64,000 nucleotides of DNA from Ginglymostoma cirratum (Eukaryota), in NCBI GenBank assembly GCA_024137785.1, contig JAHRHZ010000050.1:13269124-13333123 (forward strand). Reading direction: 5' to 3'. The translations under genes and the position numbers were made by a program. Positions 23,400 through 37,385 of this stretch are shown one piece after another. The notes below the pieces were generated by a model. That model had not been told where the DNA came from. It saw only the letters and a program-made list of their open reading frames with translations, and ran no database searches. Positions within the stretch are counted from its first letter, which is position 1. Every line of letters begins with the position of its first letter.

Positions 23400-26395
23400 C
23401 CCTTACTCAGGGCACCTGTAATAAGCTGCTTTGAGACCTACACCCTGCAGTGAGTGCTTTAGACTTTTGGAGTAGATGGGATGTGAACAAATTGGATGGT
23501 TTGCACCTGAACCGGAATGGATCTAGTAACCTTGCTGGGAGGTTTGCTCATGCTGCTGGGGAGGTTTTAGTCTAATATGGCAGGAGGATGGGGCACAGAA
23601 TAGATGTAAAATTGGGAGCAAAGTCCAACCAGATCTTGACTGTAAGGCAGATGAACTTAAAGCATTAATCAGCACATAGCAATATGATACTGTTACAATT
23701 GCTGAGCCATGGTTGAAGGAAGGACAGGACTGGCAGCTCAACATTCCAGGGCGTAGAAGTTTCAGGCAGGGTGGGGTAGATGTAAGATACGTGGGGGTAT
23801 TGCGTTATTGAGAAAGGAAATCATCACTGCAGTAATGAGGGAGGATGTTTTAGAAGGGTCTTCAAATGAGGCCATCTAGACAGAGCTTAGAAATAAAAAG
23901 GAGCAATTACCTTGTGGGGATTATGCTACAGCACTCTCAGCAGTGAGAGGGAGGTAGAGGAGCAGATATGTAGGCAACTCAGAGAACGGTGTGAGAGAAG
24001 CAGGGTGGTAGTTGTAGGGAGCCTCAACTTTCCTAATAATAACTGGGATTGCCTTAGTCTGAAAGAATTAAACAGGGAGGAATGTTTAAAGTGCATCCAA
24101 GAGAGCTGTTTTATGCCAGTATGTAACTAGTCCTGCTAGAGATTGAACAGTGCTAGACCTAATCCTAGTGAATGAAGCTGGTCAAGAGGTTATAGTTTCA
24201 GCAGGTAAGCATTTTGAAAATAGTGACCATAACTCTCTAAATTTCAAAGTCGTTGTGGAAAGGGATAAGGATAATGTAGAAATTAAATGTCTAGACTGAG
24301 ACCAATTTTAATATCATTAGACAAGATATGGCAAACAAAGACTGGGAGCAGCTTCTTGCAGCTAAAATATACATTTGGAAAGTGGGAGTCTTTTAAAAAT
24401 GGTATAGTGAGAGTTCAGGGCTAGCGTGATCCCCCCTGAGTGAAGGGCAAAGGTAGCAGGAATCCTAGATGATAAGAGTTTGGTAAAGAAGAAGAGGGCA
24501 CAGCATGTTTCAGGTACAGTGCATTCAGAAAAGAACAGACTCTTCAAAAGTACAGAAAGTGCAGGATATTGCTAAAAAAGGAAATTAGGAGGGAAAGGAG
24601 GAGCTAAGAAATATCTTTGGTGGATAGGATCAAGAAAAACCCAAAGAAATTGCTAGGGAACAGGTGGGACCTATTAGAGTCTAAAGGGGCAACTTGTCTG
24701 TGTGGGGCCAGTGAATGTTGGTGACGTCTTAAATGAATATTTCTCATCTGTATTCACAGAGGAGAAGAACGTGGTGCTTGGGGATTTCCTTCGGGATGTT
24801 GAGGTTCTAGAACATGTTAAGATTAATAAAGAAATATTAGATGTTTTAACAGGCATACAGGGGCACAAATCCCCAGGGCCAGATCAGATATATCCCAGGC
24901 TGCTATGGGAAGCAAGGGAAGAGATTGCTGGGGCCCTGACAAGAGATACTTAATACTTCGCTGGCCACAAACAAAGTCCCAGATGACCAGAGGACAGCTA
25001 ACGTTGTTCCTTTGTTCAAGAAGGCAACAGCCATAGGTCAGATAATTGCAGACCAGTTAATCTGGCATCAGTAGTAGGGAAGTTATTGGAAAAAATTCTG
25101 AGGGAAAGGATTAATCAATACTTGGAAAGGCAGGGATTGATCAGAGATGGTCAGCATGGATTTGTTAGGAGAGTTTGAAAAGGTGACTAAATATATTGAT
25201 GAGAGTAGTGCAGTTAATGTGTTTTTTATATGGACTTCAGTAAGACCTTTGATCAGGACCCACAGCCCAAAAGGTAAGAGGCCATGGGACCCAAGGCAAG
25301 TTGGCAAACTGGATCCAAAATTGGCTTACAAATAGGAGGCAAAGAGTGGTGTTGGAAGGTTGTTCTTGTGAATGGAAGTCTGTGACTAGTGGGGTAACAC
25401 AGGATTTGGTGCTGGGACCCTTGCTGTTTGTTATGTACATTAAAGACTTGGCTGTGAATGCAGAGGGCATAATTGGTAATTGTGCAGATGACTTGAAACT
25501 TGGCGGTCTTGTTGATAGTGAGAAGGATGGTCTCAGGCTACAGGCTGGTACTGATCAGCTGGTAAATTTGGCAGAGCAAGCTAAATTGAATTTAATCCTG
25601 ATAAGTGCAAGATGATGCATTTTTGGAGTTCTAATAAGGGAAGAATTTACACAATGAGTGGTAGGTCCCCAGCAAGTATTAAGGAACCAAAGGGTCTTTA
25701 GTGTACAAGTCCATAGATCTCTGAAGATGTCAGTGCAGGTAGATATGGTGGTAAAGAAGGCACATGGGATGCTTGTTTTCATTAGCCCGAGCGTCGAATA
25801 TAGAAGCAAGGACATTTTGTTACAACTTTGTAAAACACTGGTTTGGCCACTTATGGAATACTGTATGCACTTCTGGTTGCCACACTATCAGAAGGATGTG
25901 ACTACACTGGAGAGGGTACAGAGGAGATTCATTAGATTGTCGCCTGGAATTATAAGTCTCAGTTATGAGGAGAGACTGGACAGAATGTGTTAGTTTTTCT
26001 TGGAGCACAGGAGGCTGAGGGGGTCCTGATTAAGGTACACAAACTTATGAGAGACATAAGGAGGGTAGATTGCAAGTATCTTTACCCCATGTCAGATGTA
26101 TCATAAAGCAGAGGACATAAGTTTAAGTGAGGAGCAAGTAGCTTATAGGAGATCTGAGAAAGTTTTTTTTTCATCCAGAAGATGGTAGAAGTTTGGAATG
26201 TATTGCCTGAGAGGGTGGTGGAGGCAGATACTCTTGTAACATTTAAGAAGCATCTGGATGAGCTGTTAAAATGCCAGTGTATAGTCGGCTATGGACGAAA
26301 TGCAGGTAATTGGGGTTAGAGTGGTTTGGTGTTTGTTGGGTAGAGTAAATATGGTCGGCCAAAGAGCCTATTTCTATGCTGGATGACTGTATGAC
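23400..26395 (+). mobile_element. Near full-length degenerate CR1 LINE (ORF1 esterase remnant, ORF2 APE endonuclease + RT, 3'UTR)
   Basis: DGLHLN..G at ~23496-23520, VVVGSLNFP (GDFN motif), SDH at ~24222, KSPGPDQIYPRLL, VTSGVTQDLVLGPLLF, CADD, LERVQRRF..., tail GGCCAAAGAGCCTATTTCTATGCTGGATGACTGTATGAC; many stops and frameshifts. Confidence 0.93.
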
Positions 26396-28360
26396 CTGCT
26401 GTGGATAATAAAAGATTATGTCCACAACCTAAAAAACAACCCATTAGTGCAGAGCAAACATAACTGATTCTTTGTAACCTTTCCATCCTTTGAGATGATA
26501 AGACAAGGTTTTTTTTGGTTATTTTTCATTGGCTTAATTTAGGGCTTGAGTCTGCCACTTTGAAGTGAAAGGTTGCCACACCAACTTCCACACTTTAAGT
26601 TTTAATGTTCTTTTTAAAAGGGCTGACATAAAAATAGAGTTTTTTTGAGTCAATGATGCTTGCTGAATGTTTGAATTTTATAAGGGGCTTTGTTATTCAT
26701 ACTCCACGTTAAAGTACATTGCCTGTAGTTAGGGCATGTAATGAAAGTAAGTCTCTAACAAGCATGGTAGATCAAACGAAAAGTTGTCTCTATGGGAAAG
26801 AGTATTTTTCCTCTCTCAGAAAAAGATTATCATGACCGATTTCTCCAATTTGGTTAATAGACATTTTTTAAAAGTCTGTAAATGTTCAGGCCTCTCCTTT
26901 CAGATTTTTTTTGTCTGAAGTAACCGTAACGATTAGTCACTATGGGTCTGGAGTGGCCACCTCCTCTCCAGCTATTATGAGGAGCTCCACGTCTTGCACT
27001 GATGTGTCGGGGGTGGGGGAGCTGACTGGATTAGCATGGCTAAGTCTGTCTGCAGCTGGGCTCTGCTAATGGCTGAGAACGTTGCAGTCTTCCAAAAGAA
27101 TAAAGGGAAAACTCCGGGAGTGAATGAAAACAACCTGAATGGGGTATAACTTGCACAAACTTCATCCCACTTTCAAAGCCTCCCTTTTTAATGCTTGCTT
27201 TTCAAAACAAACTTCTGGTGCAGTTTCCCACCACCATTGTAAACAGTGTGCTGCTGCAGGAGCTGTAATTGTGAAATTACTTTATTTTAAGACCTTACCG
27301 TTAAGGAGTTGAAGAGAAATTGGATTTTTTTTTACTGTTTTAAAAGTGTCCGTAATTTGACAGTGAGTTGACCTTCTTCTCTGTCTGTTCCCACCAACCT
27401 TTAGTGATCAGGGCTTGACAGGGGCTGGATGAGATTGGGCGAATGTTGGTGGTTGTCAATGACAGGTGTTTTAGCAGCCTATAGCCACAGAGCGTCAATT
27501 TTGGACTCAGTCATGAGCCTATAAACTCTATAGGTCTCCTGGAAGAAAGCTGGTTCTAGAGCATTAATACATGAAGTAATTTCAAATTGGATCTCAAAGC
27601 GACTGTCACTACGAAGTTTCACACCCAATATTCTATCCAAGTGACATAATTTGTCAAAACATTATTTCTGTTTTAGTTGAAGCGAGGAATTAATCTGAAT
27701 TCTAGGGAAATGAATTGATGTGGGAGTTGAGGATGTCGAGATTATTTGAACATTTGACTGCCATAAGTATTTTAATATTGTACAATTATTGAAGCAGATT
27801 GCTGTGTGAGTTATAAATTCATGTCTTTTATCGTTTAGAGAGACAATCATTTCAATCAAGAAATGTGCACTCTTCAACAGTTATCTATAATTTACCGTAA
27901 CATGATTGTTAAATACTGAATTGTTTACAGGTTGTAATGGTATGAAAACCCTGTGCAGTATTATGCCCCAGCAACACGTTTAAAGAACGTGAACAGAACA
28001 GGAATTGAAAGAAGCCAAATTCCCCAGCTTCTGATCAGTCATTTACCAGAATACTGTTGGGTGATTTACAACATCTTCCTGTCCAGTGTCAAAACTGAGC
28101 TGAAAAAATCTTGACACTGCAGAGACACTCCCTTTTTTGCTGATAAATAGATGTTGTCTAGTTGAGGGTGTTTCACATTTATTTCACTCTGAAAGACACT
28201 CGCCTCTTGTATACACTCATTGCTGCTAAACTGGACTGTTCATTGGCACAAGAGAAAATTGGACAGAATCCGTTTTGGGAAGGTGTAATAGTCAGGGGCT
28301 GAGGAAGCTGAGTTAGTCTTGCTAAAATACATTTTTTAAGAATATTTTCCTGTACACCGA

Positions 28361-28718
28361 GATGGCACCATGGTGAGATAGTGGTTAGCACTGCTGCCTC
28401 ACAATGCCAGGGACTTGAGTTTGATTCCAGCCTTGGTGACTCTCTGTGTGGAGTTTGCTTGATCTCCGTCTGTCAGCTTGGGTTTCTTCAGGGTGCTTCG
28501 GTTTCCCCCCACAGTCCAAAGATGGGTGGGTTAGGTGAATGGGCTAAATTGCTCTGTAGTGTTCAGGGATGTGAAGGTCAGGTGGGTTAGCTATGGTAAA
28601 AGCCCCATGGGGGGTTTTGGAATGGGGTGAGGAGGTGGGACTGGGTAGGATACTGTTTGGAGGGTTGGTGCAGACTCACTGGGCCAAATGGCCTCTTTCT
28701 GCACCAAAGGGATTATAG
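28361..28718 (+). mobile_element. HE1-like tRNA-derived V-SINE
   Basis: Same head, V-domain and tail as 15789-16123. Confidence 0.85.
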
Positions 28719-28859
28719 TGTTGTTTTACCATTGTCCAATGTTACAAAAGGTGTGACAGTGAATTGGCAAGCTGTTTTAATTAGCTTTCCTCATGTAATT
28801 TCCACTGAAGTCCAAGGAAAGAAAATTGTAGAGATGTATAGGAGACTGCTGCTTTGCTA

Positions 28860-28944
28860 GGGCCCCGACCTGAAATGCCAACTTTCCTGCTCCCCTAATG
28901 CTGCCTGGCCTGCTGTGTTCTTCCAGCTCCATATTGTGCTATAT
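28860..28944 (+). mobile_element. 85-bp PLE terminal fragment with perfect 14-bp TSD
   Basis: Diverged copy of 59298-59383; CTGCTGCTTTGCTA at 28846-28859 and 28945-28958. Confidence 0.85.
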
Positions 28945-29904
28945 CTGCTGCTTTGCTACTGCCTGTTTAACACAAAGTCATAATCACTGTCCAGAAATTC
29001 CTGCAAGACCTGTTATCATTTGACAACCATTCAACATGGGACTGAACAGATTTTGGCCAGTGCCTCAGTTACTGCCCAATCAGTTTCAGCCCAAAACTCT
29101 TTGAGGTTTCTGGGCTGAGGTTTGTTTTCATTAAGATTTTGCACTGCAGAGTTGTGCTATTTTGGATTTGTTACTAATGAGAAAACGTTTCTGAGGAAAA
29201 CAATGAGATTTTAAATTGCCGGAGTGCCTGGCACAACGTGAAATGTTTAGACTGTAGAATAAAAGGAGTTGATGGTATAATGGAACAATTACACCTTCAG
29301 TTGTGGCAACTGCCTCAACTGCGAGACAGAAGTAAATTGTAGTGTAGGTATTTTAATAAGCAAATTCATCACTGTCACTAATTTCTTAGTTAAATTCAAC
29401 CTTTTGCAATGCACGGAAATCATCCAAGAGCAGTTGCTGACTGGTGAAGAGATTCTGAATCATTTTTTGAGATTTCTGAAACATATGGCTGGATCTTAAA
29501 CATCATTGGGTTTGAAGGTGGGGCTGGGGGCTGGGAGGACATATAAAATCCAGTGGGTGACCTTTCTATTGCCTGCATGCTTCCTCTTGCCTGTCCAATT
29601 TTACAGAGAGTGAACACACGTTCGGATATTCCCCACTTTTGGGCCTATCAAGACCCTTAATCACATCCCCAGCAATGGCCACTTCTCCTGGGTGGCACTA
29701 CTAAGACTACAGTGCTGTACGCCATAAATTTAACAAGTAGCTCTTTAAGTCAAGATTTCTTCTCGAGAAAGGGTTGGAAGACATGCGTTTAAGCCATTAA
29801 TGGTGCTACCATTAGGGCAGCTATCTGTGCTATAGGTGACCTTCCCTTAGACCTTTTAGCCAGAGGAGTGGTTGGGGACCCACAGTGCTGTGCAATGAGA
29901 TTGA

Positions 29905-30345
29905 ATATACAGCACAGAAATGGACCAGTCAGCCCAGCTGGTCTATGCAGGTGTTTATGCTGCCCACAAGCCTGGTCCCACCCAGCTTCATCCAACCCTA
30001 TCTGTATATCCTTCCCATCCTTTCTCTCTCAAACACTTATCTAGCTTCCCTTAAAAACACTTTTTCTATTTTCCTTAACCAGACCACATAATAGCAAGTT
30101 CCACATCCTAACACTGTGTGCATAAATAAAGTTTTCCTGAATTCTCAATTGCATTTATGAGTGAATACCTTGCATGTATGGCCGCTAGTTTTGGACATGG
30201 CCATAGTGGAAACATCTTCCCTCCATCTGCGGTATCAAACCGTTTCATAATTTTAAACATCTCTGACAGATTGCTTCTCCACTTTTTCTTTTTGCAACAG
30301 AAAGAGCCCCAGCTTGTTTAGCTGATAGTTAAATCCTCTCGGTAT
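29905..30345 (-). mobile_element. CR1 LINE 3' fragment
   Basis: Reversed tail TACAGCACAGAAATGGACCAGTCAGCCC, followed by reversed ORF2 C-terminus (TTCCACATCCTAACACT, GAAAGAGCCCCAGCTTG). Confidence 0.75.
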
Positions 30346-32309
30346 TGCCTCAAGTTAACAAGCCTCAGTGGCAAAGTGGCTGCCAATTTTGTATGATCAC
30401 ACGGCAACACAGTCAATTCAAAGGAACATTTCTGTCTGAAAAATAAACATTACTGTGCTGCACTGCAAGAATGATTTTATCAGCTCCCAGTGAGCAGTAA
30501 TTGCACACTTTCAATCAAAAGCATTCTACATTTATCTGGTATATGATAATGTAATATCCACAATGGCTCATTACCTTTCTTGACAGAATGCCATTTTTGA
30601 AATAATTGCTAAAGTGTAAACCATTTTGAAATAGCAAGCTAGTTCTGGTGAATGTGTCTGTAGCTTCTGTGTACAAAGCTAATGAACAGAAATGCCTGTC
30701 ATCCCGTGTGTTTTGTGGCATAGTCCTGTGACCTTTGAGATACTGGGTCTAAAAATAAATGCAAAATTTCTGCTGGAATCCAGCACCCAGGCTGCAGGAA
30801 TCATACTGCACACAAGCTGCTGGGTAATAATGTCGGGACATTCAGCACCAGCAGTCCAAATAAAGTGTACCTGTTGAAACAGCTTACACAAGCCATGAAA
30901 TAGATTCAGTTTTGTGCATTTATCGATTTGCTGCATCCAGTGAATACGTGTGAATATTCATGCAATTAATTGCATAAGGATTGCTCATCTGAGCTGTTTA
31001 ATTTTAGCTCTGAGTAATGGATCTGGTGGATGATCTCTCTCTTCCGCAGTGACCCTCATTTCTGAAATAAAAAGCTTTGAGAAATGCACCACCTCTTAAT
31101 TTAGCGCAGACCCCGGTGGCACTGGCTCTTAATCATTGACTCACAGAATTTATTAATCAGAGGGTCATGGCCCATTCAAAATATTATACTCTGGTTCTTC
31201 GGGTACAAAATTTTCACTTGGAATGATATTTTTGGATTGCTAAACCAGAATGCTGTAATGTCCAGAATTCAAATTTCGCCAAGCCAACACATTTAGAAAG
31301 AGTAAGAAACCAGGATTGCTCTAATAAAACCATTTAAAAAATATTATTAGTAATCCCGTGCATAATGTTTTGGAGAGTTCCTTCAAGTGTGAGTTGCACT
31401 TCTTGGTTTATTTAAAACTAGATTAAAAACCATTTTACTTGAAGTTGACCCTTCCAGAAGACTGGTTACCTTACTTGGTTGAAATAATCAGATTGATGAG
31501 TCTCCAGACTGTTTGAAAAGACTCTTTAAATTTAGTTTATTTTCATACATTTACAACTGCTGGTACACACTTTATAATAGTTTCATTCAGATACTAAGAA
31601 ACTGTGGAGACTAATTAAACCCTTATGTAGTTCATTATTTTTCTGCAGCAGTTTTCAGGTAAACACCAAATGCCATTGATAAGATGCTTTTTTTTGTGAT
31701 TCACAGATACATTGCTGAGACAACTCTAGGTTACCTGTCTTAAGTACAGGAATAACTATTTTCTAATGCAAATAAGAATGCATAAATTTGTAATCATTTT
31801 CTATTATACTTGCCCAATTTTGCTGGCTCATCGAAGACTTTACATTCGTGATTATGTGAATGTATTTTAGGGAATTTGATCTGCCACCTAACTCGCACAA
31901 TTTCAAGAACAATTTGCGCTGAAGCTTTCAATTACACCTATTACAGAAGCTTTACCTCACATCTGAATGGAATTCAAATTTTTCAGACAGGATCATTTTG
32001 AACTTTGTTGATTTAAAGTGCTTTATTTCCTTTGACTTATTTATATCAGATGAATTTTTATATATGCTGCATCTAGGCTCTGCAAGGGCAAAATATTTTT
32101 CTCTTTCTCATTTTAACTCTAATACTTCCCTCCTAAATGCGTCAACTCCAGGGTGGTTATGGCATCATAATTATTCATTGCTCTTTGTCACCCAACCACA
32201 TAATTTGACTGCGGTTCATTTGACTGTCGAGTCTAATCCCCAATTCGAATCAAAACCTCACCTGACATCCATATGCATCGTTTCATGGCAGGATCTCTGG
32301 AAGGTGATC

Positions 32310-32812
32310 CTTGACTAGATAATTGCACCTCCAACAATACTCAAGAAGCTTGACTTAACCCAGGACAAAGCAGCCTGCTTGATTGGCACCACATCTACAA
32401 GCATCTACTTCCTCTACCACCGACACTCAGTAGCAACAATGTGTACTATCTACAAGATGCACTGCAGAAATTCACCAAATATCCTTAGCCAGCACCTTCC
32501 AAACAAAGCGTGACTACTTCCATCTAGATAGGGCAAGAACAGCAGATACATGGGAATACCATCACCTGTAGGAAAGTCTCCAAGCCACTCACCATTCTGA
32601 CTTGGAAATATATTGTTGTTCCTTCACTGTCGCTGGGTCAAAATCCTGATATTCCCACCTGAACAGCATTTTGGATCTACCGACAGCACACAGACTTACT
32701 GTTCTTCAAGAAGGCAGCTCACCATCACCTTGTCAAGTGCAAGTAGGGACAAGCAATAAATAATAAATTCCAGCCAAGCCAGCAGTGCCTGTGTCCCATG
32801 AGTAAATTAAAA
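32310..32812 (+). mobile_element. 3' end of a CR1-group LINE, exact clade uncertain
   Basis: LKKLD..QDKAACLIGT...HHRHSVATMCTIYKMHCRNSP; homologous to the minus copy at 34235-35095. Confidence 0.8.
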
Positions 32813-34234
32813 ATAATTTGAGTCTAAGAAACTGATTGATTTTTTTGACCTGTATGGTTTGTTGCCAAAGCAATCACTGAGTGTGGCTTCAGAGGATAGA
32901 GTTTGCACGATTGTGGGATAAGACTCCCCTCTGGCAATGTAAAGTCATCAACAACAACAATGTCATTATTCAAAATAGAGAGATTTTCCAAGGCACTTCG
33001 CAGCGATGTGGAACCAGACACTTATGACCACAAAATGGAAGGAAGGAAGATTAAGAAGGGACACTAAAAACTCTGTGAAAGGAACAGGTTTGAAGGTCAG
33101 AAGGATTGTGAAGAAGCTGAAGGTTTATAAAATGAGAGCTCAGAAAATCTCCTTTGTAAAAATCCATCCAAAAACAATTAAATGGATAACTACAGAAAAT
33201 AGACCAGTATAAACCTGTTCTTAAGACTGGAGGAGAATGGATAAAACTTGCTAGTTTGTGCATCAGACTGTGGCTTGTTAAGGCAATACTGTTAAATGAG
33301 GAGAAGACAAAGTAGAAATCTTCACAACGAATGTCAAAAACCAGCATTCTGACTTACGTGGAAAGCCATTAAGAATCTTGATTGCAGTCATAGCAAGGAC
33401 AGTTAAATTTAATTGGTCATTTGTAGTTTTGTTGATGAATCACTTTATCATGCTCCACTAAGGAATATTTAATACCCTCAACATGTCTGAATTATTCATG
33501 ATGGTATTGCACAAACCAGTGTATTATGTGGACTGACATTAGCTAATTTGATCAATAATGCATTGACAAATCCCTGGAATTAAAACCTCATGGCTCAAGA
33601 CATTGTTGATCAATAATTTACTGGATGTCACTTGTTTTCAGGGTTTAATATTGTTTCTAATAGAGCTGAGTTCTGTTAACATGAGAAAAAATGTATTCAA
33701 AACTGATCATATGCAAAGTTTTCTGATTTTGTGAATCATTCAGTTGGTTGAGACAAACATGGTAACTCTGACACATTCATAAAAAGCATGATAAAGGGAT
33801 CTTCAAAATGGTTGCTGTAGGATAGTAACATTCCATGAAGATAAGGTCGCACTACAATGAAGCCAATTGCATAATTATACATACTTTAATGTTAGAGCTG
33901 TAGTTAGTTGGCAATTGCCACTCTAAATGAGAAGCAATGTGTAATAGTATGGAAATTAGGTCTGCCTCAGTTTCAAACAAATCCATTGTATAAACTCTTC
34001 CTCTTATCTCCAATCCTTTACTAATTAATTAGTGTGTTAACAGATTGAGATGGAAAAAACAATGAAAAGTACCACATATCTTTTCCAGTCTTCTTCTGCT
34101 TGAGAAAAGAAATGACAGTATGCACCACTTATTTACTTCTTAAAAGAATTTCAAAAAGCTTAGCACTTTCCAATGACAATGGTGTTGAGATCTGTGGCTT
34201 TCAGAGTTCACTGAATCCAGGAGCAGTGCTCGTA

Positions 34235-35095
34235 ATTTTTTTCATTCACAAGTGGGATGTGGGCATCACTGGCTGGGCTGGCATTTATTACCCATCTTTA
34301 GTTGCCCTTGACAAGGTAGTGTTGAGCTGCCTTCTTGAACCACTTTCGTCCATGTGATGTAGGTAGATTCACATTGCCTTAGGGGAGGAAATTTTGACCC
34401 AGCAATGGTGAAGGAACGGAGATATATTCCCAAGTCAGGATGGTGAGTAGCTTAGAGGGGAGCTGGCAGTTTATTGGTATTCCCATGTATCTGCTGCCCT
34501 GTCCTTTTAGCTAGAAGTAGTCAGGGGTTTGGAAGGTGCTGCCTAAGGAAATTTGGTGAATTTCTGCAGTGCATCTTGTACACTGCTGCTACTGAGTGTT
34601 GGTGGTGGAGAGAGTGGGTGGTTGTGGATGTGGTGCTAATCAAGTGGGCTGTTTTCTCCTGGATAGAGTCAAGCTTCTTGAGTGCTGTTGGAGCTGTACC
34701 CATTCAGGCAAGTGGAGAGTATTCCTCACACTCTTGAATTGAGTCTTGTAGATAATTGGTAGACTTTGGATAGTCAGGAAGTGAGTTACTTGCTGCAGTA
34801 TTCCTAGCCTTTGGCCTGCTCTTGTAGCCACTGTATTTATATAGTTACATGGTTCATCCAGTTCAGTTTCCAATCAATTGTAAACCTCAGGATGTTGATA
34901 GTAGGGGATTTAGTGATGGTAATGTCATTGAATGTCATGGGGCGATGGTTAGATTGTCTCTCATTGAAGATGGTCACTGCCTGGCATTTTTATGATGTGA
35001 TCATTACATGTCACTTGTCAACTCAAACCGAAATATTTTCCTTGTCTTGCTGCATTTGGACATGGACTGTTTCAGTATCTGAGAAGTTGTAAATG
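34235..35095 (-). mobile_element. 3' end of the same CR1-group LINE family
   Basis: Minus ORFs: INTVATRAGQRLGIL...IYKTQ and APTALKKLDSIQEKTAHLI...SLHHQHSVAAVYKMHCRNSP. Confidence 0.85.
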
Positions 35096-37139
35096 GTGTT
35101 TCCATTTTATTATGTACCATTATTACAGTTCACTACATGTGTTTATGGTTTATAGCACTTTAAAAATTGAAGCCTTTTGATGTCCCTCATTAAAGTTAGC
35201 TTATTTCAGCTCATCAGTGCTGAGGCATCACAGTTACTATAGCAGCCATTGTGGTGAAATTGGTATATTGTGCACCTGTTTGACAGTCACCTTTCATTGG
35301 GCAACCAGGAAAAGGCAAAGGACTGACGGAATCTGGTTTAGGAAATGACCTGAAAATGCAAGCTGTCTGTGAAATGAATCATAATTTGAGTTTGCAAGCA
35401 TGACATAATGGTGAATATAAACACACTTTCTATTACTGAATAATTTTAGAAATCTTCTAATAGAGCAGAATTGTTTGAAAAGACATGGCTATAACCATTT
35501 CTAGACTAAGGAAAATATCAGTTTTCCAAAATAGTCATTTCATAAAAAGATGTTGTTTTTATTATTTTCCTCTAAGTCTTCTCTCATCACTGAAAAAAAA
35601 TGACACATACTTGGATGTGTTTCCCATGAGTAAGCAGCCCCTTGGCGAACCCTTCACAGGCTTATCTATGAATTTTTGATTATGATTTGTTGACTATCCT
35701 ATCTAATCTTATCCTGTTCCAGTTCACTGTTTCCCCACCATTCCGCCCTCTTCAGTATAAAAGTGAGATCTCAGTACAAGCGACCAGGGTAAGCTGCTGT
35801 AACTTCGCACAAATAAAGCTGTGTATCCAGGATCTCACTGGTTTGTTTATTTTTTTTAAGAAAAGATGGATTGGTTTCCGAATTCAAAAATACAGTTAAG
35901 AGACATCAGTGATCCGTGGCTTGATGTAACAGCAATCCTAAACTGATGCTGTTGAACAGCAAGTTCTGAAACAAGTTAAATTTTGCATATTAAAGTTTTA
36001 TTAGGGACAAATAATTGATTCAAATGTAATGCTTGAAATACTATTAAGGTTAATGTAAGTTTAAAATATTTGATTTCTCATTGTCAAATTAGATTGAAAT
36101 GCTGACGTGAAATGTATCTCTTGTGTAGGTCCCTTAAAAACTTCAAAGTGAGGATCCTTTGGCCTTACCAGAGGAGGAGCCACATTAGTGATGGCAACAT
36201 ACCTTTCAGGTTGCACAGTATATTAGAAAGCTGCAATTTTTTCAATTGAGAAACAAGAAAAACCTACCTGACAAAATGTGCACTTGTAATGTTAGGCCTT
36301 CTACCTGCACAAAATGTAGCAACATTTGAAGCAACCATTTTAAAACTGTCAGATTGTGCTAAGTGTGGCCAGATTGTTAAATAGTGGCATTAAATTGCTC
36401 TGTGTACTGTACACTGCTACAGACCTAGGAGGTCCTCTGTTTTCTGCACTGTACTTCAGAAAAAATTAAACACTGGAGCAGTTGCAGACTTAGCTGTGTC
36501 ATCTGCACAGTTTCAAAACTCAAAATATGCTAGGTGGGTGTCCAGTCTCTGGATGGCTTCCAGCTATGTCTGTCATGTCACCTCTCCCTTCCTCCTTACG
36601 TGCTTTTCTTTAAACATAAGTAGATATGCACACACAAACACAGACAGTTGGGTATGTACCAACACAGATGTGCATACGCACCTGGCTCCACCCGTACAGA
36701 CAGTATAGGTGTCAACTTAGATTTGGTGCTTGTCTCTCTGTTTTTGAATCGGGAGTATTTGAGTTCAGGCTTCATTTACAAGACTCTGTACAATCTAAAT
36801 TTTCACATATTGAGGGAGTATTGAATTGTTATCTTTTAAGCTGCAACCCTGTCAATTGTGGATCACATAATGTCATTTGAAGAATAATGGGAAGCTCGTT
36901 GTCTCAATATCACAATATCTGGGTACCTCTGATAGAAGAGGACTGGAGCCCATGTGCAAACTAATGAACATTTATTGATTATTTCCACAATTTATTGAGA
37001 TAGGCTTTAGCTGGGACTCCATCAGAACCTTCTTTCCTCAGGTTCCATCTCCGTATGATCTGACATCACTGATGATGCACTCTGGTAACCAGCATAACCA
37101 GCAGTTAGGACTTCTGAGGGAGTATTCGATTATTCCCTT

Positions 37140-37385
37140 TAAATTGAATCACTGTGCAGCCTCTCCAGTAGATGGAAAAGATCACACGATGCCATCTGAA
37201 GAATAACAGGGGAGCTCTCCTGACATCTTGACCAATATTTGTACCTCAGCCACCATTACTAAACAGATGAATTTGTCATTGCTGTTCGTGTGTTTTTGCT
37301 GTTAGCAGAGTGGCCGCTTTATTTGCCCACATAGCAAGATTGACGATATTTCATCGGTTTTGAAGTGCTTCTTGACATTGTTGTG
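37140..37385 (+). mobile_element. DeuSINE-like fragment; a possible head fragment lies at ~36720-36890
   Basis: GATGGAAAAGATCAC...GAAGAATAACAGGGGAGCTCTCCTGACATCTTGACCAATATTT core. Confidence 0.6.
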
